Shown: positions 1-13,199 of the stretch, in pieces
Numbering within the stretch: the stretch's first letter is position 1
Layout: each line of letters starts with the position of its first letter
Source of the DNA: Cycas panzhihuaensis
Taxonomy: Eukaryota > Plantae > Cycadophyta
Direction: 5' to 3'
Length of the DNA: 64,000 nucleotides
Assembly: GCA_023213395.1 (NCBI GenBank)
Contig: CM041465.1
Location: forward strand, 113,839,741 to 113,903,740
Program-made: the position numbers and the translations under genes
Notes under the pieces: model-generated
Seen by the model: the letters and a program-made list of their open reading frames with translations, nothing else
Told to the model about the DNA's origin: nothing
Databases searched by the model: none

Positions 1-2335
1 ATGACAATGTCTTACTAAGTAGGGCATCTATAAAGGAAGGCAAAGCTATAAAGGAGGAGTTTGAAAGGTTTGAAGTAGTGATAAATTAAAAGATAAATCT
101 CAATAAAAACTATATATTTTTCCTAAACACGTCGGAGAGAGTTCAAAGAGTAATCAGTAGGGCCTTAGAGATGCCAATCAGGAACCTCCCAATCACCTAC
201 CTTGGCATGCCTTTATTCATTAGTAGAATGGAGAAGGATATATGGAACCTGATCATTAAAAGGATTCAAAGGAAGTTAGCAGGGTGGAAGGGTGCCTTTT
301 TAAGCTAAGTTAGGAAGTTACAGTTGTTGGTTGCATCACTCTAGAGCATCCCTACCTATGTGATGTCTCTTTCTAAATGCCCAACAAAAGTTATTAATAT
401 CCTTCAGTCAATACAGAAGAGGTTTCTATGGTTTGGGATAGAGGATAGGGACAAAATTCACCTGGTCTCCATGGAAAAGTATACCTCCCCAAATGGGCAG
501 GTGGTTTAAATGTAAAAGACTTAGTCTATTTTAATAGAGCCTTAGTTACTAAGATGGGATGGAGCTTGAACAAGGTAAAAAAGAAACCATGGTATAAGAT
601 GATGACTCAAAAATACCTCAGGGACAAAAAGCACCCAAGAGATAACATACCTAAGAAACTGGGCTCTGCAATATGGAAAAGCTTGTGTGTCATGAGGAGG
701 ATGTTGGTTGCAGGAGTACAATAGAAGTTATGTGATGGAAAGTTAATCAACTTCTAGGAAGATGTGTGGTGTGGTCAACCTTAGCTAAATATGAGATCAG
801 TCTATAGCCCTTTACAAAGAATCTATGAAGAGTTATATAGTAGAAAGTTCAAGGACTACTACAAGGATAGGGGAAGCTCAAAGAATTAGAGAAGTTTTAA
901 AGATATTCTAAATGAGATAGAAGGGTGGGACCAAATTAGGGGCCTAGAAGAGTGATCAAAAGAATTTATATTCCCAGATTTCCCAAGGAAGATTCTTTGA
1001 TCTAGTCAGTTACCCCTTCTAGGGAGTATTCAGTCAAGACTAGCTATTTCATTCAAATCTTAGAAAAAGGTATAAATAAAGATAAGATGTTAAAGGGTGT
1101 TTGGAAATTGGGGCTAATCCCTAAAGTGGTTATTTTCTAGTGGCTTTATCTCAAGAATAAAATTCTAACCCTGGATAACTTGAGGAAAAGGGGGATATTA
1201 CTAGTAAGCAGGTATATATTGTGTAAGGAAGAGGAGGAATCTATGGACCATATGGTGTTGCACTGTTCTTATACCAAGGAAGTGTGGAAGTTAGCATGGA
1301 ATATTTTTGAAGTGGAATGGTTCTTCTAGGGATGGTCAAGGATTTAGCCCTTTCTTGGTAATTCACATTCAAGGGTAGATCCCTGGTATTTTTGTGGTCT
1401 ACTTTTCTCCCTATGATATCATGGAACATCTAGAATGAAAGAAATAGAAGAATCTTCTAATGAAAGAATATGGGAGAACATAAGCTCTTTGAGGATGATA
1501 GAGATGGTAAAGGAAAAAGAAGAAATCCCCATCCCTTCTGAGGAAAAGATGGTCCTAGAAAAATAGGGTATTAAGAACTCTAAAAATAAAAGGAGCTTTA
1601 AAAGGTAGTGTAAATGGACCCCTCCTCTAGAAGGATGGGTGAAGGTAAACTTTGATGGCATAGCAAAAGGTAATCCTGGCAAGGTTGGAGGTGGTGGGGT
1701 CTATAGAGATTCTGAAGGGAAGGTATTATGGGATTATTCAGAATATTATAGGAACCAAACTAATCACCAAGCTAAGATGAGAGTGATGTCCAACACTATG
1801 GAAATGATAGATAAAGAGAGACTCTCTAGAGTAGTTGTGGAAGGAGACTCTTTAAATGTAATCAAATTAATTAAAGGAGAAGTTGAGTCAAATTAAAGGT
1901 TTAGTACCATGTTCAATAATGTAAAGGAAATCTTGTATAAGAGAGATAACATTTAGGTGACCCATACATATAGAGAAGGAAAAGTAGTCACAGATATCTT
2001 GGCTAATAGGGATGTTCGGCATAAGAGAAATGAGGACTGGAGCAATGGTGTCCCTGAGGAGGTTATGGGTCTCATTAAGAAGGACTAGGAGGATAATATT
2101 ATGTCAGGTACTCTTAACTAGCCACTAGGCTTGTCATGGCAATGTTATAAGGCTAGCCACTAGGCCTATCATGGCAAGGGTGGGATTGCAAGTTCTCACA
2201 GATACTGTGATTATGGGCTAGGCCATGGGCTTGTCATGGCAGTTTTAAATGGCTATTTTTATAGGTTTTGTAATGGGGTTGGGGTCCCCTACTAAATCCC
2301 AAATTTTGAGTTAAACCACATCGGAAAAAAAAAAT
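1..2335 (+). mobile_element. Degenerate L1-type LINE, 3' part of ORF2 (RT C-terminus, zf-RVT, RNase H) plus 3' UTR and short A tract; 5' part lies outside the window
   Basis: Translates with stops and frameshifts to LPITYLGMPL...IQRKLAGWKGAFLS, LIPKVVIF*WLYLKNKILTLDNLRKRG...CKEEEES and WTPPLEGWVKVNFDG; A-run near 2325-2335. Confidence 0.9.
1612..2030 (+). pseudogene. LINE RNase H domain (plant L1 type), disrupted
   Basis: ORF 1639-1896 KVNFDGIAKGNPGKVGGGGVYRD...VVVEGDSLNVI, continuing to THTYREGKVVTDILAN. Confidence 0.88.
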
Positions 2336-3079
2336 CATGTTTCCATCATCTATAATAAACCCTACAATAATCCTTCTCATCTCAAATGTTTTATCTATAG
2401 ATGGAAATTCTAAGTAATCATATGTTGAGTTTTTTTTATTTCCTATTATTTGAATTTATTATGGTTTATTTATACTCTTCCACTTTTATTTATATTCTCT
2501 TGTTCTTAATACACTTTTCAAGTTTTTTCTAGTTTCAATTAATAATGTTTAAGAGGATCTTAATTTTGGGTATGTAAGTTGTCATTTGATACCATATTAT
2601 TGCCATATATTTTCTTTGTCTTGCATTTTCATCATCATAGACACATCCTATTGGGAACATCCCATCTCCTTTATAAGTAAGTACCTTAACAATTACAAAA
2701 TAAAGACATGGTTATAAGATTTAAGATAAGGTTCTAGAGGAAGGTAGAGTATGAGATGTTACTTTTAAATGAATGAGAGCATTAACATATGAAAAATGTT
2801 TAGAAAATAATAAGTTGTGACTCTACTTCACTTGTGCAACCCTAGATTCCTTTGTTGTGTCATGTGTTTCTTTATTAAGTGGCTTTTGTTTTTGAGGTGA
2901 TTAGAAATATCAGCATGGCCATAGTCATCTAATAAGATTGCTCCACTTTATACTTCCTTAGGGGAAGAGAGTGAAGAGGAGTTCTAAGAAGAAATATATA
3001 CTGAATAAGGACATGCCTATGGTGTCTTTATGTGTTGTGGGCCACCTCAATTATAAGTTAATTAGATGCATACATGGAG

Positions 3080-3229
<150 letters not shown>

Positions 3230-3410
3230 GGTTGTAATGGCAAGACATCACTGTTCTATTATCTATATAGGTTTTGGTATGGAGAGCATAGACTATTATA
3301 AATAGCCTTACACATGTCATTGTATTAAAGAATCATAGTCTAATAACAGGAAGAGAAAGGAGTGTAATGAAAAGAGATCAAATCATAGACATGCTATTTG
3401 TTTTATATAC

Positions 3411-4290
3411 CTTGCATCCCATCCATGATAACCAAATGACAAATCAGCACTACATGTTTCAGATTAGAGAAAATATAACATCTTAATTCAAGGTTATATG
3501 CAGTGCATGGCAATATGGTGTTATAGCTATGACTAAAATTGACATTATCTGCATGTTAGCAAAGTATCATATGAATAGATAATGGGGATACCTACAATTA
3601 AAGACTTAGGTTCATTATGGTGCCAATGTATGCATTATTCGTGAAAAGCTTGGACCAAGTTTATACGATTCATTAGATAGAAATAAGTGCTAGCCCTTGT
3701 CTATTATTCTAGTTTGAAAATTTTCACATCAGTTGTTGGAAGATTTTGTATTCATAACTTAACACACTCACATATAAATCTAAGCCTAACAATTTTCTTC
3801 TTGTCTCCTCGGAATATGTAAAGTAAAGGTACTTAATAAGAATTCTTTGAATCTTAAGAATTATTATAAGTGCATTTGCACGTCAAGTGAAATTAAGCTC
3901 ATAGATTTTGGTAGTGCTACATTTGAGAACTAACAACATGTCTTGTAGTTTCCATCAGAGGATACTGAGCACCTGATGTGATTATGGCTATTAGATAGAG
4001 TTATTCGTATGACTTGTAGAGTGTTAGGTGCATTTTGGTGGAATTATGATGTGTAAATGCCCTTTTTTAGACTGATGATAATTTGGAGCACCTTGCAATG
4101 ATGGAATGGGTATTGGATCTAATTCCTCAATATATGATAAAATAGGTAGCTCAATATAGAAGAGAGTACATCAGAAATGGTAGGGAACTCAACTGGCCAT
4201 AGGGGGTTGCATTGAGAGAGAGTGTTTGAGGAGTCAAAAGATTGCCTCACTTAATAAATCTTGTCAATTAAAATGAGGACCACTTATCAA
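3411..4290 (+). pseudogene. AFC: Intronless (processed) pseudogene of a LAMMER dual-specificity kinase (AFC/CLK family)
   Basis: HYMFQIRENITS; CIIREKLGPSLYD; IKLIDFGSATFE; signature NLEHLAMMEWVL (EHLAMME at 4086); ELNWP*G...RESV...KRLP..NLV. Motifs are contiguous without introns; many stops and frameshifts. Confidence 0.88.
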
Positions 4291-5378
4291 ATAGGTACAT
4301 AGTAATATTTAAGAATCACTTATGATTCTACACTTGATGTTTCATGTAAATTATATTGCTAATATTACAAATGCACATATCCAAAGAAAGAAATGGTCTT
4401 TTAAGGTTTATATTTCCTTATTCAATTTTATATGTTACATGTCCCGATTCATATGTCTTTAATTCCTTTCTATAATAGATTGTCTTATCTCTCAATAGTT
4501 GTATTTATAACCCATCAATCTATATTTTTATTAGCTTTCATACTTCCCATTAAGTTTCTCTCTATTTCCATTATTAACTCGCTTGACACCATAAAACCCT
4601 CTTTGTTATGATCAAACAATGATTTATTGGTAGGCAACATTGATAAAATCTTTGACATCACCCCCACAGGTTATCAACTTCTACTTTCCTACTTCCCACC
4701 ACCCTTCGACTAAGAATCAATATTAATGAAGTGATTGGTAGCCATGACCAATGCTTTCATCACTATCCATTTCCATTCAAAGTAAATTTTTTGGTCTAAA
4801 ACATTGACAATATGAGAAGGAATAAGAAGAAGTGGGAGAAATAAAAGAAGAACTAACACGTTAAAAATAATTAAATTTCTAATATTTTAATAATATTATT
4901 TTATTTTTTATTTTCTTAAAAAGCACTTTTATTTATTTTTATGGTTGTTTTGGGTAAATTATTTTCATTAATGTGGATTATGTTTTTCTCATTTTTATCT
5001 AATAAACATTTAATTATGAAATTGAATTATTTTTTACCATTAATTTTCCTATTTGGTTGAAATTCTAAATTATGATTCTTTAATTGAGATTACATAAATA
5101 TTCGACTTAGAAATTAATTTAGTCCCTTGAAGAATAAGAAGATATCAATTATTTTCTTATATATATAAAAAAGTCAAGTTTTGTAATATCTAAAAGGCCT
5201 TATAAAATTCAAGTGGAATCCACCTTCATTGAGAGATTTCTCTAGTTTTACTAACCATAAAACTCCTTTAGGTTGTTTATGAAAAAATGTTCATTAAACT
5301 TGGCCCTTTATAACAATTAACTTTATAAGGAGTAATGAGCATACATACCCCAAGCTTTTATAGATTCATATTTAAGCA

Positions 5379-5708
5379 TGTTAGTGTGATATTATATCAC
5401 TTATTGTCTAATGTTAAAGTGGTGAATATATTGTGTGAATATATTGATATAATATTGTAATATTATGGGTTGACATATGTAAACTCAATTATTATTATTT
5501 GTGGCACCTATAATCTATAAATATAGATCAAAGTCCATTATAATATTACAACATAGATTTACAAAAATATAATAATATATTTTGTGTTAGGTTTTTCTTA
5601 ATAGCATTCCCATATCAAAGTTGATTATCCCTCATGCTTATCTATTTGAGTCTTTTATATACGTAAATGATTTTGGCATCCTATCTATTTATTTGGTGTT
5701 TATAAACA
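5379..5708 (+). repeat. 5' LTR of outer Copia (330 bp)
   Basis: Similar to 24828-25289; followed by tRNA-Met-type PBS. Confidence 0.88.
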
Positions 5709-7245
5709 TGGTATCATAGTAGAAAATGGTGCATAATTAAGCAAATGTTAGGTAGCTTATTTGATCATTGGTTGCCAGGTAATCATGGCTCACCCTTTAA
5801 GGATCAGCTTATTTGATAACTAAAAGAATAACCATAAAGGTGCAATGATTGTGTGTAGATCTTGGTGCCTTCTATTATTTGTTTTGTACAAATTCATTAG
5901 TCTTTAGAGGTATGTGGATGGGTAGAAGAGGCTATTTTTTATTTGTGCAAGTATAAGCATATGATGTTGCCTTTGTTTTAAATTTATAGCCCCTAGTTAC
6001 TTAGTTGCCAACTGTTGGTGTCCATTTTGAATTAGTTGAAGGCGCCAAATCTATTTGTCCTTATTTACACTTAGTTTATAGTTGAATAAGGTATGTTGCC
6101 ATCTATATAGAATTTGAATGCTACATGGTGAATGGGTGTAAGGTCACAACAGAGTGTTGAGGCCATGATAGTTTAAAAGATCAATAGAAATTTAGCCATG
6201 TATAGTGCCGAGATATATTCATTTTAGCCATTGGAAATATATCCATAGTGTAGAGTAGAAGAACAAGTAGACTTCACCATGAATCTAGGGATTTATAGCC
6301 ATAATTACGACACAATGCAAAATACAAAAAGAATAAGCAATGTCGTGTATTATTTATGGATAAAAATGTAAGGTATGATCAATATATTTATCACCCATAT
6401 GATTAGCAATTCTATTTGTTCATTTTATATTTATCACTATGTGATAAAAAGATGTTTCCCATAATGGTAATGCTCACTGCGTGAAGTATTTTTCAATCAT
6501 CAGTTGATAATTTTTGTTTATAGATTTATGTGATATATAAATTGTCACTCATCATATAATATTTCACTATTGAAATGATATCATGTTGATTTTGATTTAA
6601 TTTTGCCATTTGATAAATATATTTTACTCACCAAATTATTTTCATTATTGATGCACGTTTGAATAATATATTTAATCGATGGTTGATTTGGTAAAGTCAC
6701 ATGATATATTTTTTGTCGTTATTTTAATATATCAATCACTCGACTAATACATTTTAATCACTGATTATTTTTTTTATGATTCAATGAAGTCAGTCAACCA
6801 TAATAATAATCTTTAGATTATAAGATATTTATGATTATATTATGAGGAAAGTATGATAAATAAGGCATTTTGATATTGATATAAATAACATGTTTGATGA
6901 TGATCTATTCATGATAAGGTGACTACTTAATGTATTTTTCATTAATAAAAGGGGCATGAATAAGGCTTTGATTTTATATGGCAATATGAGGTGATAATTA
7001 AATGGTAATATGAGTGAAATATTGGCGATATATGGTGATGTTTATCTTTTATTACTTGTGATTACATGAGAGAGTTTGTGGGGTGCGAGCTATCGATGTT
7101 AGTGGTATTCACTTATTCATAAGAGGGAAAGGTAATTAAAGGGTGAGCTATCAATATTAGTGTATATTTATTGACTGATATAAGGGATGTGTTATGGAGA
7201 TATTGAGCTATAAGGTGAAGTGAACTTTGTTGTGGTTTTGATCAT

Positions 7246-7719
7246 TGTGTGTGGCTGAAATATTACCTATTTTGAGTAGATGAAGGTACAACCAACACTG
7301 ACTGTGTAACCAGTGTGAATAGTAAGTGTGACTAGGTGCAACTAAGTACAACCAACACTGACAAAAGCACAACTGAATGCAACCTAGCCAGGGACTGTGA
7401 TTAGGGTAGCAGCTAAAGAACTCTGGCAATATTAGTTAGGATTCTAAACTGTAAAGTAGTTATGTAACTATGTAAATAATATAAAGGATAGAATGAGGAT
7501 AACTTAGGTGTATGTAGAGATATCATTAGTGTCATTGTATATTGTCTTGGGCTATTTTGACTATTATTGTACTTACTCAGGCCTGCATTTGGTTGTGAGA
7601 GGACCAGACATAACACCCTTTTGTCTAATGAAGTTGGTTATTTATGCTCCAATCTTATGTCTTTCTTATGATTATATTTCTTTGAGTATGGTTAATTGGT
7701 AACAAGATAGACACACACA
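7246..7719 (+). repeat. 5' LTR of Athila-like element (474 bp)
   Basis: Matches 22542-23125. Confidence 0.92.
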
Positions 7720-8399
7720 TTTGGTTCTATTGCTAGGTATCCCAAATGTATAAATGATGATGGGTTAGTAAAGAACAAGTGAAGAAGGCTATCCATGCCA
7801 CCTAGGGCTAATTCGATAAGGAAAGTTAAGACTAGACAGGAGAGAAGTCAGTGCTGGGAAGAAGAGAAAAGCTAAGAAGGCACCTGCAAACCCAAGAAGC
7901 TAGTTGAAAGGAAGCTGATGAAGAGAAAAACTTTGAGGGGCTGAAAAGAAGAAAGCCAAACCCCAAATGTGTGCAGGAAAGAGAATCAAGGAGAGGAAAG
8001 AATAGAAGAGGCCTAAGAGGATAAGTGACAACCATAGATAGAAAATTTAAAGCAGATCAAGGATAAGTGATAAGGATGAATAGATTCTTGAAGCAGATCA
8101 GGGTGCCCTAGAAGAGAGAAGAATAATTAGTTTAGAAGTATACAAGACTACCACAGTAGAGTGGGACTACTACATTATGGAAGTTAAAGACTCCCATACC
8201 CATGTACTAAATCCTTTATTCAATAGAATGACTGAAATGATTTCAAGCTCAAAATTCTTAGAAGAAGGTCCAGAAAGTGTAGCCTTAAATCAAGGTAGGA
8301 GTAAAGAAGGAGGAGTAAGCACAGTAAATAATACAAACATGACTAGGTAAGGTAGATCAAAATTTTTAGGCCCAATAAACATGATTTAAGGACAATCAA

Positions 8400-8978
8400 T
8401 TGGGGGAGGAAATCAGACAATCTCTCTATATATAGTAGTCCAGAATGATACAATGTTTGGGCATCTATAATTTGATGGCTTAGGAGATCCTGGAGATCAT
8501 TTGGCCTTATTTTCCAACATGCTAAAAATCAAGAAAATTAAAGATCCAGAAGAGATCAAGGCAAGATTCTTCTCTACATTGTGAGGAGTAGTAATAGCCT
8601 AGTATCAATATGTGGTGAAGATAAATCCCACATGGGAAGTGGTGCAGATACAATTTTTGGATAGATTCCAGAGACTATGGGATCTAATGTCCACCTTTGA
8701 AGCCTTAGAGGAAACTTATCAAGTGCCAGGTGAGTCAGTAAATGATTTCAATGGTAGACTTAGGATAATTATGAACAAAATAGATCTTACTATACCCATG
8801 AATCCAATGTTGTCCTTTAAATATTTTGTTCAAGGATTGCTACCTAATTTAAAAGAAAACATCATTTTTTATCCATTAAATAGTTATAAACACATAAAAG
8901 AATTGGTGTTACAATTTGAGAATTAAATGAGAATAGGATACTTATAAATGGAAATGTAGAATGTAGGGCAAATAGCCC
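8400..8978 (+). pseudogene. Athila-like gag (retrotransposon gag domain), interrupted by element A and resuming at 15509
   Basis: FDGLGDPGDHLA...FFSTL*GVVIA*YQ; ORF 8612-8926 TWEVVQIQFLDRF...QVPGESVNDFNGRL...FVQGL. Confidence 0.8.
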
Positions 8979-9396
8979 TGTAGGAAATATATACTTGCAG
9001 GAGAACAGGGCAAAATATATATCAGATAACCATAAACTAATGTTGCATCAATACATCAATGTATTACAATCACAATAGCATAAACCATGAAAGTATTATA
9101 GTTCAATCCATTGTAGTAGAAATAAGCATTACAAATTTCTCAAATGTTAGAGGTGGTATCTAGAGACACCAGGGTTGCACACCCCTTAATATTTATAGTT
9201 TGGGGGAGGAGGGAAACTCCTCAACCCCTAAATTCAAAACAATAATAAAATAATATTCACTTAACTCAAATGAAACTAACTCAACTTACCTTAACTTACC
9301 TTGACATGTTGAGCATCACATGTCTAAATTGAAGATGGTGAGATCTATAATCCTAGTTGGAAGGTAGGAGTGGAGTGATGGCAATTAACTCTAACA
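8979..9396 (-). repeat. 3' LTR of element A
   Basis: About 19 differences from the other LTR in the first ~210 bp (manual count). Confidence 0.93.
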
Positions 9397-10147
9397 TTCT
9401 CCCCCTTAATGTCATCGCGAATACTTGTATCTTTTCCTTGAACTTATGGAACTTGTACTTAAAAAAAACTTTGAAGTTATGAACTTGGTCTTTATCAACT
9501 CTTCTCATCCTTATAGCCACATATGTCTCTTTATCATGGAATGATGTAGAAAAATTATAAGTAGATGAAACTTGATTCAAATATAAATCAATATCTGTAA
9601 TTTTGACTTTGTCAACTAGAATATTAAGAAGGCTTTGAACTTGAACTTTTGTAATCTTTATGCTTTGAACAACTGTCATATCATCATATTCATTCTTTAT
9701 CATATCATTAAATTCATTCTTTGTCATATCATCAGATTCATTCTCCCCCTTAAATGGAGGATCAGGTACTTATATAGCAAGTTGGTCCTGCATTTGATAT
9801 GAATCCTCATGGGTGTTGTCGTTACGCTTCACCTGTTATGTCACCTGTCTCACATGCTCGTCAAAAATATCATCAAATACATAGAGGGTATCTCCCCCAT
9901 AAGTAGAAATCAATACATTCCAAACTGATTTAGAAGTTGTTAATTTAGAAACCTTTGAAAAAATATCATCATTCATAGTGCAAAATAATAAACCTAAAAC
10001 TTCATTATCCTTTCTAAAATTTTCTTTAATGCTAAGGTCACATTCATGTTGTAAATATTTCAAAAGATTATGTTTAATAAATTAAGTTTACATGGTATCA
10101 TACCATAGTGAAAAGTTATGGCCATCGAAAATGGGAAATTATGCCAT
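9353..10147 (-). pseudogene. Copia gag N-terminal-like ORF of element A with an unassigned C-terminal extension that reads through the PPT
   Basis: MA*FPIFDGHNFSLWYDTM...KDNEVLGLLFCTMNDDIFSKVSKLTTSKSVWNVLISTYGG; tail KFKEKIQVFAMTLRGRMLEL. Confidence 0.75.
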
Positions 10148-12217
10148 TTTATTAAGAAAAGCTTTAGTATAAAAGTATACTTTTAACAAATCAAAAAAGT
10201 CAATAAATTAATGAATATATATGATTTCATATATATTTTTCAAAAGAAATGTAATGCACTAATGAACATATATGATTTCAGATAAACCTTTTGATTTTTC
10301 AAATGAATAAATGTAAACCTTCAATCAATAAATCCTTAACCTTAATAATAATGTATAATGCTGAAAAACTGAAATATATGTATTTATATTTTATTTACTT
10401 TATGAACAATTACTATTACTAAACAACTTAAAATACTTATATGAAGGTCAAGTAGAAACCTTAAACATATATCATGAATAACTAATGAGAAATAAAATAG
10501 AATTTTCTTAAAAGGTTTGTAGGACAAGTCTATTAGGATGTACTTATATGCTCAACTTTGATAACTTAAAAACTATACTAAACAATGTTAGAATAACTTG
10601 AAATTGTATCAATATGTAGATTAATAAGGTGTGAATCCAATGGAACTAACTATTTTGAAAATGGGTTCCAATAAGTCAAGATTTAAATGGTTCAACGGTA
10701 CAGACCTCTTTTTGAGACCTAACAGGAGTAGGGAGCTCAAAATTGCATAATATTGCTAATAAAACTTTAGAAAGTGGTAAAAAATGATCAAATATATTTT
10801 TTAAAACTACTAAATATATGTTTGGTTGAAAATTTTTGAAAAAATTGATATGAAAATATGTGAGAAATGACATATTGAGGCTATTAAGTAGTCCAATATT
10901 AATAGATTTGAAAATAAGTAAAAACACCTTAAAATGAATGGAAAACTATGTCAGTTCAAAGGGGAATGAGCCATCTTCCCAACAAAGCTGGCAGAATTGA
11001 ATTTAGATGTCAAACAGAAAAGTTATAGTAAAAATAGTAACACGTACTTTTATGTAAAAATGCTAAAAATAACTAAAATGTCAATTTCAATGATTAAAAT
11101 AATAGTTAAAATAAATTCTAAAAAATAAAATAAAATATGGATTTTGAAGTTTGTTGAACTATATCATTGTAGAACAAATTTAGGCTGAAAATAGTTTCCA
11201 GGTAATAAAATATAGTCAGTTCAAAAAATATTTCTGTAAAAAGTTGAAAAAAGGGATGATCGACTTTAAATTGGCTGAAATAGGGCCAAATCTGCACCAA
11301 ATTAGTCATATGACTTATCAATATTAATCTATAGAAAATTTCTAATCTAATGGAGGTGGTTTGATTAGAAACTGATATCTCAATGAGGAGTTATGGCAAA
11401 AAAACGCCAATAACCCTATAAAAAATTAAAAATTAAAAAAAATAAAAAAGAAAAGGTTAATAAAAAATAAAAAAACCCCTTTATTGATGAGTTATGATCA
11501 CGTGGTAATGAATAAGACCGAAGGCTAAGCTAATGAGAGGGCTAGGGTTCTTTAAACCACAGATTCAAAATTTTATTCAATTTAATTTAATTAATTTAAA
11601 TTTTATAAAAATTAAAAATGAAAATAAAAAAAAAGTAATCATAATGTCACTGTCATGCTGCCTGCTACGCTACTACTGCTGATGCGATATGCCACTACCG
11701 GAATCAATGAAGGAGAGTTGGAGCTGCGAGTCAAAGTCAAGCGCTTAATGAGTCAGCTCAATATATATATATAGAATAAATAATCTGATAGACGACATAA
11801 AAATAATATACGGTTGACTTAATATATATCTATATATTATAATCTGAAGACTGACGACAAACTTGAGCTGCGCGATCGGTGATTATTGGTTCTATATGTT
11901 GTATATATATATAGAGAGAGAGAGAGCAAAAACTCGTAGCACCTTTGATGATAGCTGGAATATATAGTTGTTACCACAATGTAAACGTGCTGAGAGATAT
12001 ATTTAAATAAATATAGAGCTAATGCGAACGATGCTAACTGTGTAGGGAGATGCGCACTATAGGTGCTGAGATATTTTAAATAAATATAGAGCCGATGTTA
12101 CTACAAAAGCCACCGAGATGATGTTTTCCTGCAATCTCTATGTTGTTTAAGCTCTCCTCTGGATCTCTGTACTCGATCTCCCGTAGCCTGTAAACCCTAG
12201 CTGTTATCAAGAAGCAA

Positions 12218-12484
12218 ATGAACGAGGCGGAAAAGAAGTCATTACAGGAGCTTCTGAGGAAGATGTTGCCTCTAGGGGCTCCGCTGCCAAATGAAGAGCA
12301 TCTGGATTATTCATTTGCAATGGAGTACGAAGGCCCTCCGGTTTCGTATGCGATCCCCGAAGTGGAGCCGATAGATGTCAGAAATCTATCTATTCCCACT
12401 GCAGTCATAGTTGAAGCCTTCCCAGCGTCGGTCTCTACACAACAGTCAGTGCCTGCGACGTTGCCTATTATGCAACCAATTTCT
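12218..12484 (+). pseudogene. XLG: Captured N-terminal fragment of extra-large G protein (XLG3-like); the ORF reads on out of frame to a stop at 12517
   Basis: ELLRKMLPLGAPLPNEEHLDYSFAMEYEGPPVSYAIPEVEPIDV matches the XLG N-terminal motif (RKMLPPGAPLP...DYSIALEYxGPP). Confidence 0.88.
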
Positions 12485-12699
12485 CAGAGAAGTTGCATCG
12501 TGAGAGAGAGGAATTAGAAAGATGACAACGTGAAGAAAAGGCAAGGCTTCAAGCAGAAGCAAAAGCTACTAAAATGGCTTGCAAGCAAGCTGAAGCAGAG
12601 GCTACAACAGAAACAAAACGGAAGCAGGAGATTGAATGTGAGGCTGCATATTTGGCTTTACAGAAGATGGAGAAAACTGTTGAAATTGATGAGAACAGT
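12485..12699 (+). pseudogene. GTE: Captured C-terminal coiled-coil fragment of a GTE8/9/10/11-type BET bromodomain protein
   Basis: [26 protein letters not shown]...[28 protein letters not shown]. Confidence 0.85.
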
Positions 12700-12700
12700 T

Positions 12701-13105
12701 GTAGAATATCTTGAGATGATAGAGGTGATTGAGAAAGGGAACTTAATCTTTAAAATTGAGGTGTTCTTCAGCTCTAGTATATTTCGTAGCTGGAAGGACT
12801 CTATTATTGCATTGCAGATGACCAAAGTGCTATTGCCCTGATCAGAGGACTTGAAGATTGTAGGTAGATGTATTGACTCAATAGCTTCCAAGACATCAGT
12901 TGATCCCTTGAAGGTTGATTGGTCTTTCACTTACAAAAGAGCGAAGTTGAAGACTGATCAACCATCTATAGAAAACCAAACTAGTCCCTTATGGAATGGA
13001 ATTCAAAGTCACAAACATCACTACATTCCAAAGGACTAGTGGATTGAAGACATCTATGACCTTGATATTAACTTGTATTAGCGAGTAATGGTTGCTATTA
13101 AATCC
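12701..13105 (+). pseudogene. NPY: Captured internal fragment of an NPY-type BTB/NPH3 (NRL) protein
   Basis: [35 protein letters not shown]...[34 protein letters not shown]...PKD*WIEDIYDLDINLY*RVMVAIKS, all in one frame; two of the stops are at Trp positions. Confidence 0.9.
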
Positions 13106-13199
13106 AATTGAGGTCACGTGAAGCTGAAGAAATAGACATCACCTGAGAGAAGGATGTTGTTCACACAGTTCACCATTGGATGTTCTACCCGAAGTTCAA

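Noticed and set aside
5709-5720. tRNA genes at tggtatca-like sites
   Set aside because: These are primer-binding sites next to LTRs, with no cloverleaf
7508-7702. Near-identical small ORFs at 7508-7702 and 22899-23108
   Set aside because: Both lie in paired LTRs; similarity reflects LTR duplication and there is no recognisable domain
12218-13105. A native XLG or NPY gene, or one in-frame fusion protein
   Set aside because: Only fragments are present, inside an LTR element; the GTE piece is out of frame with its neighbours, and GTE and NPY pieces contain stops
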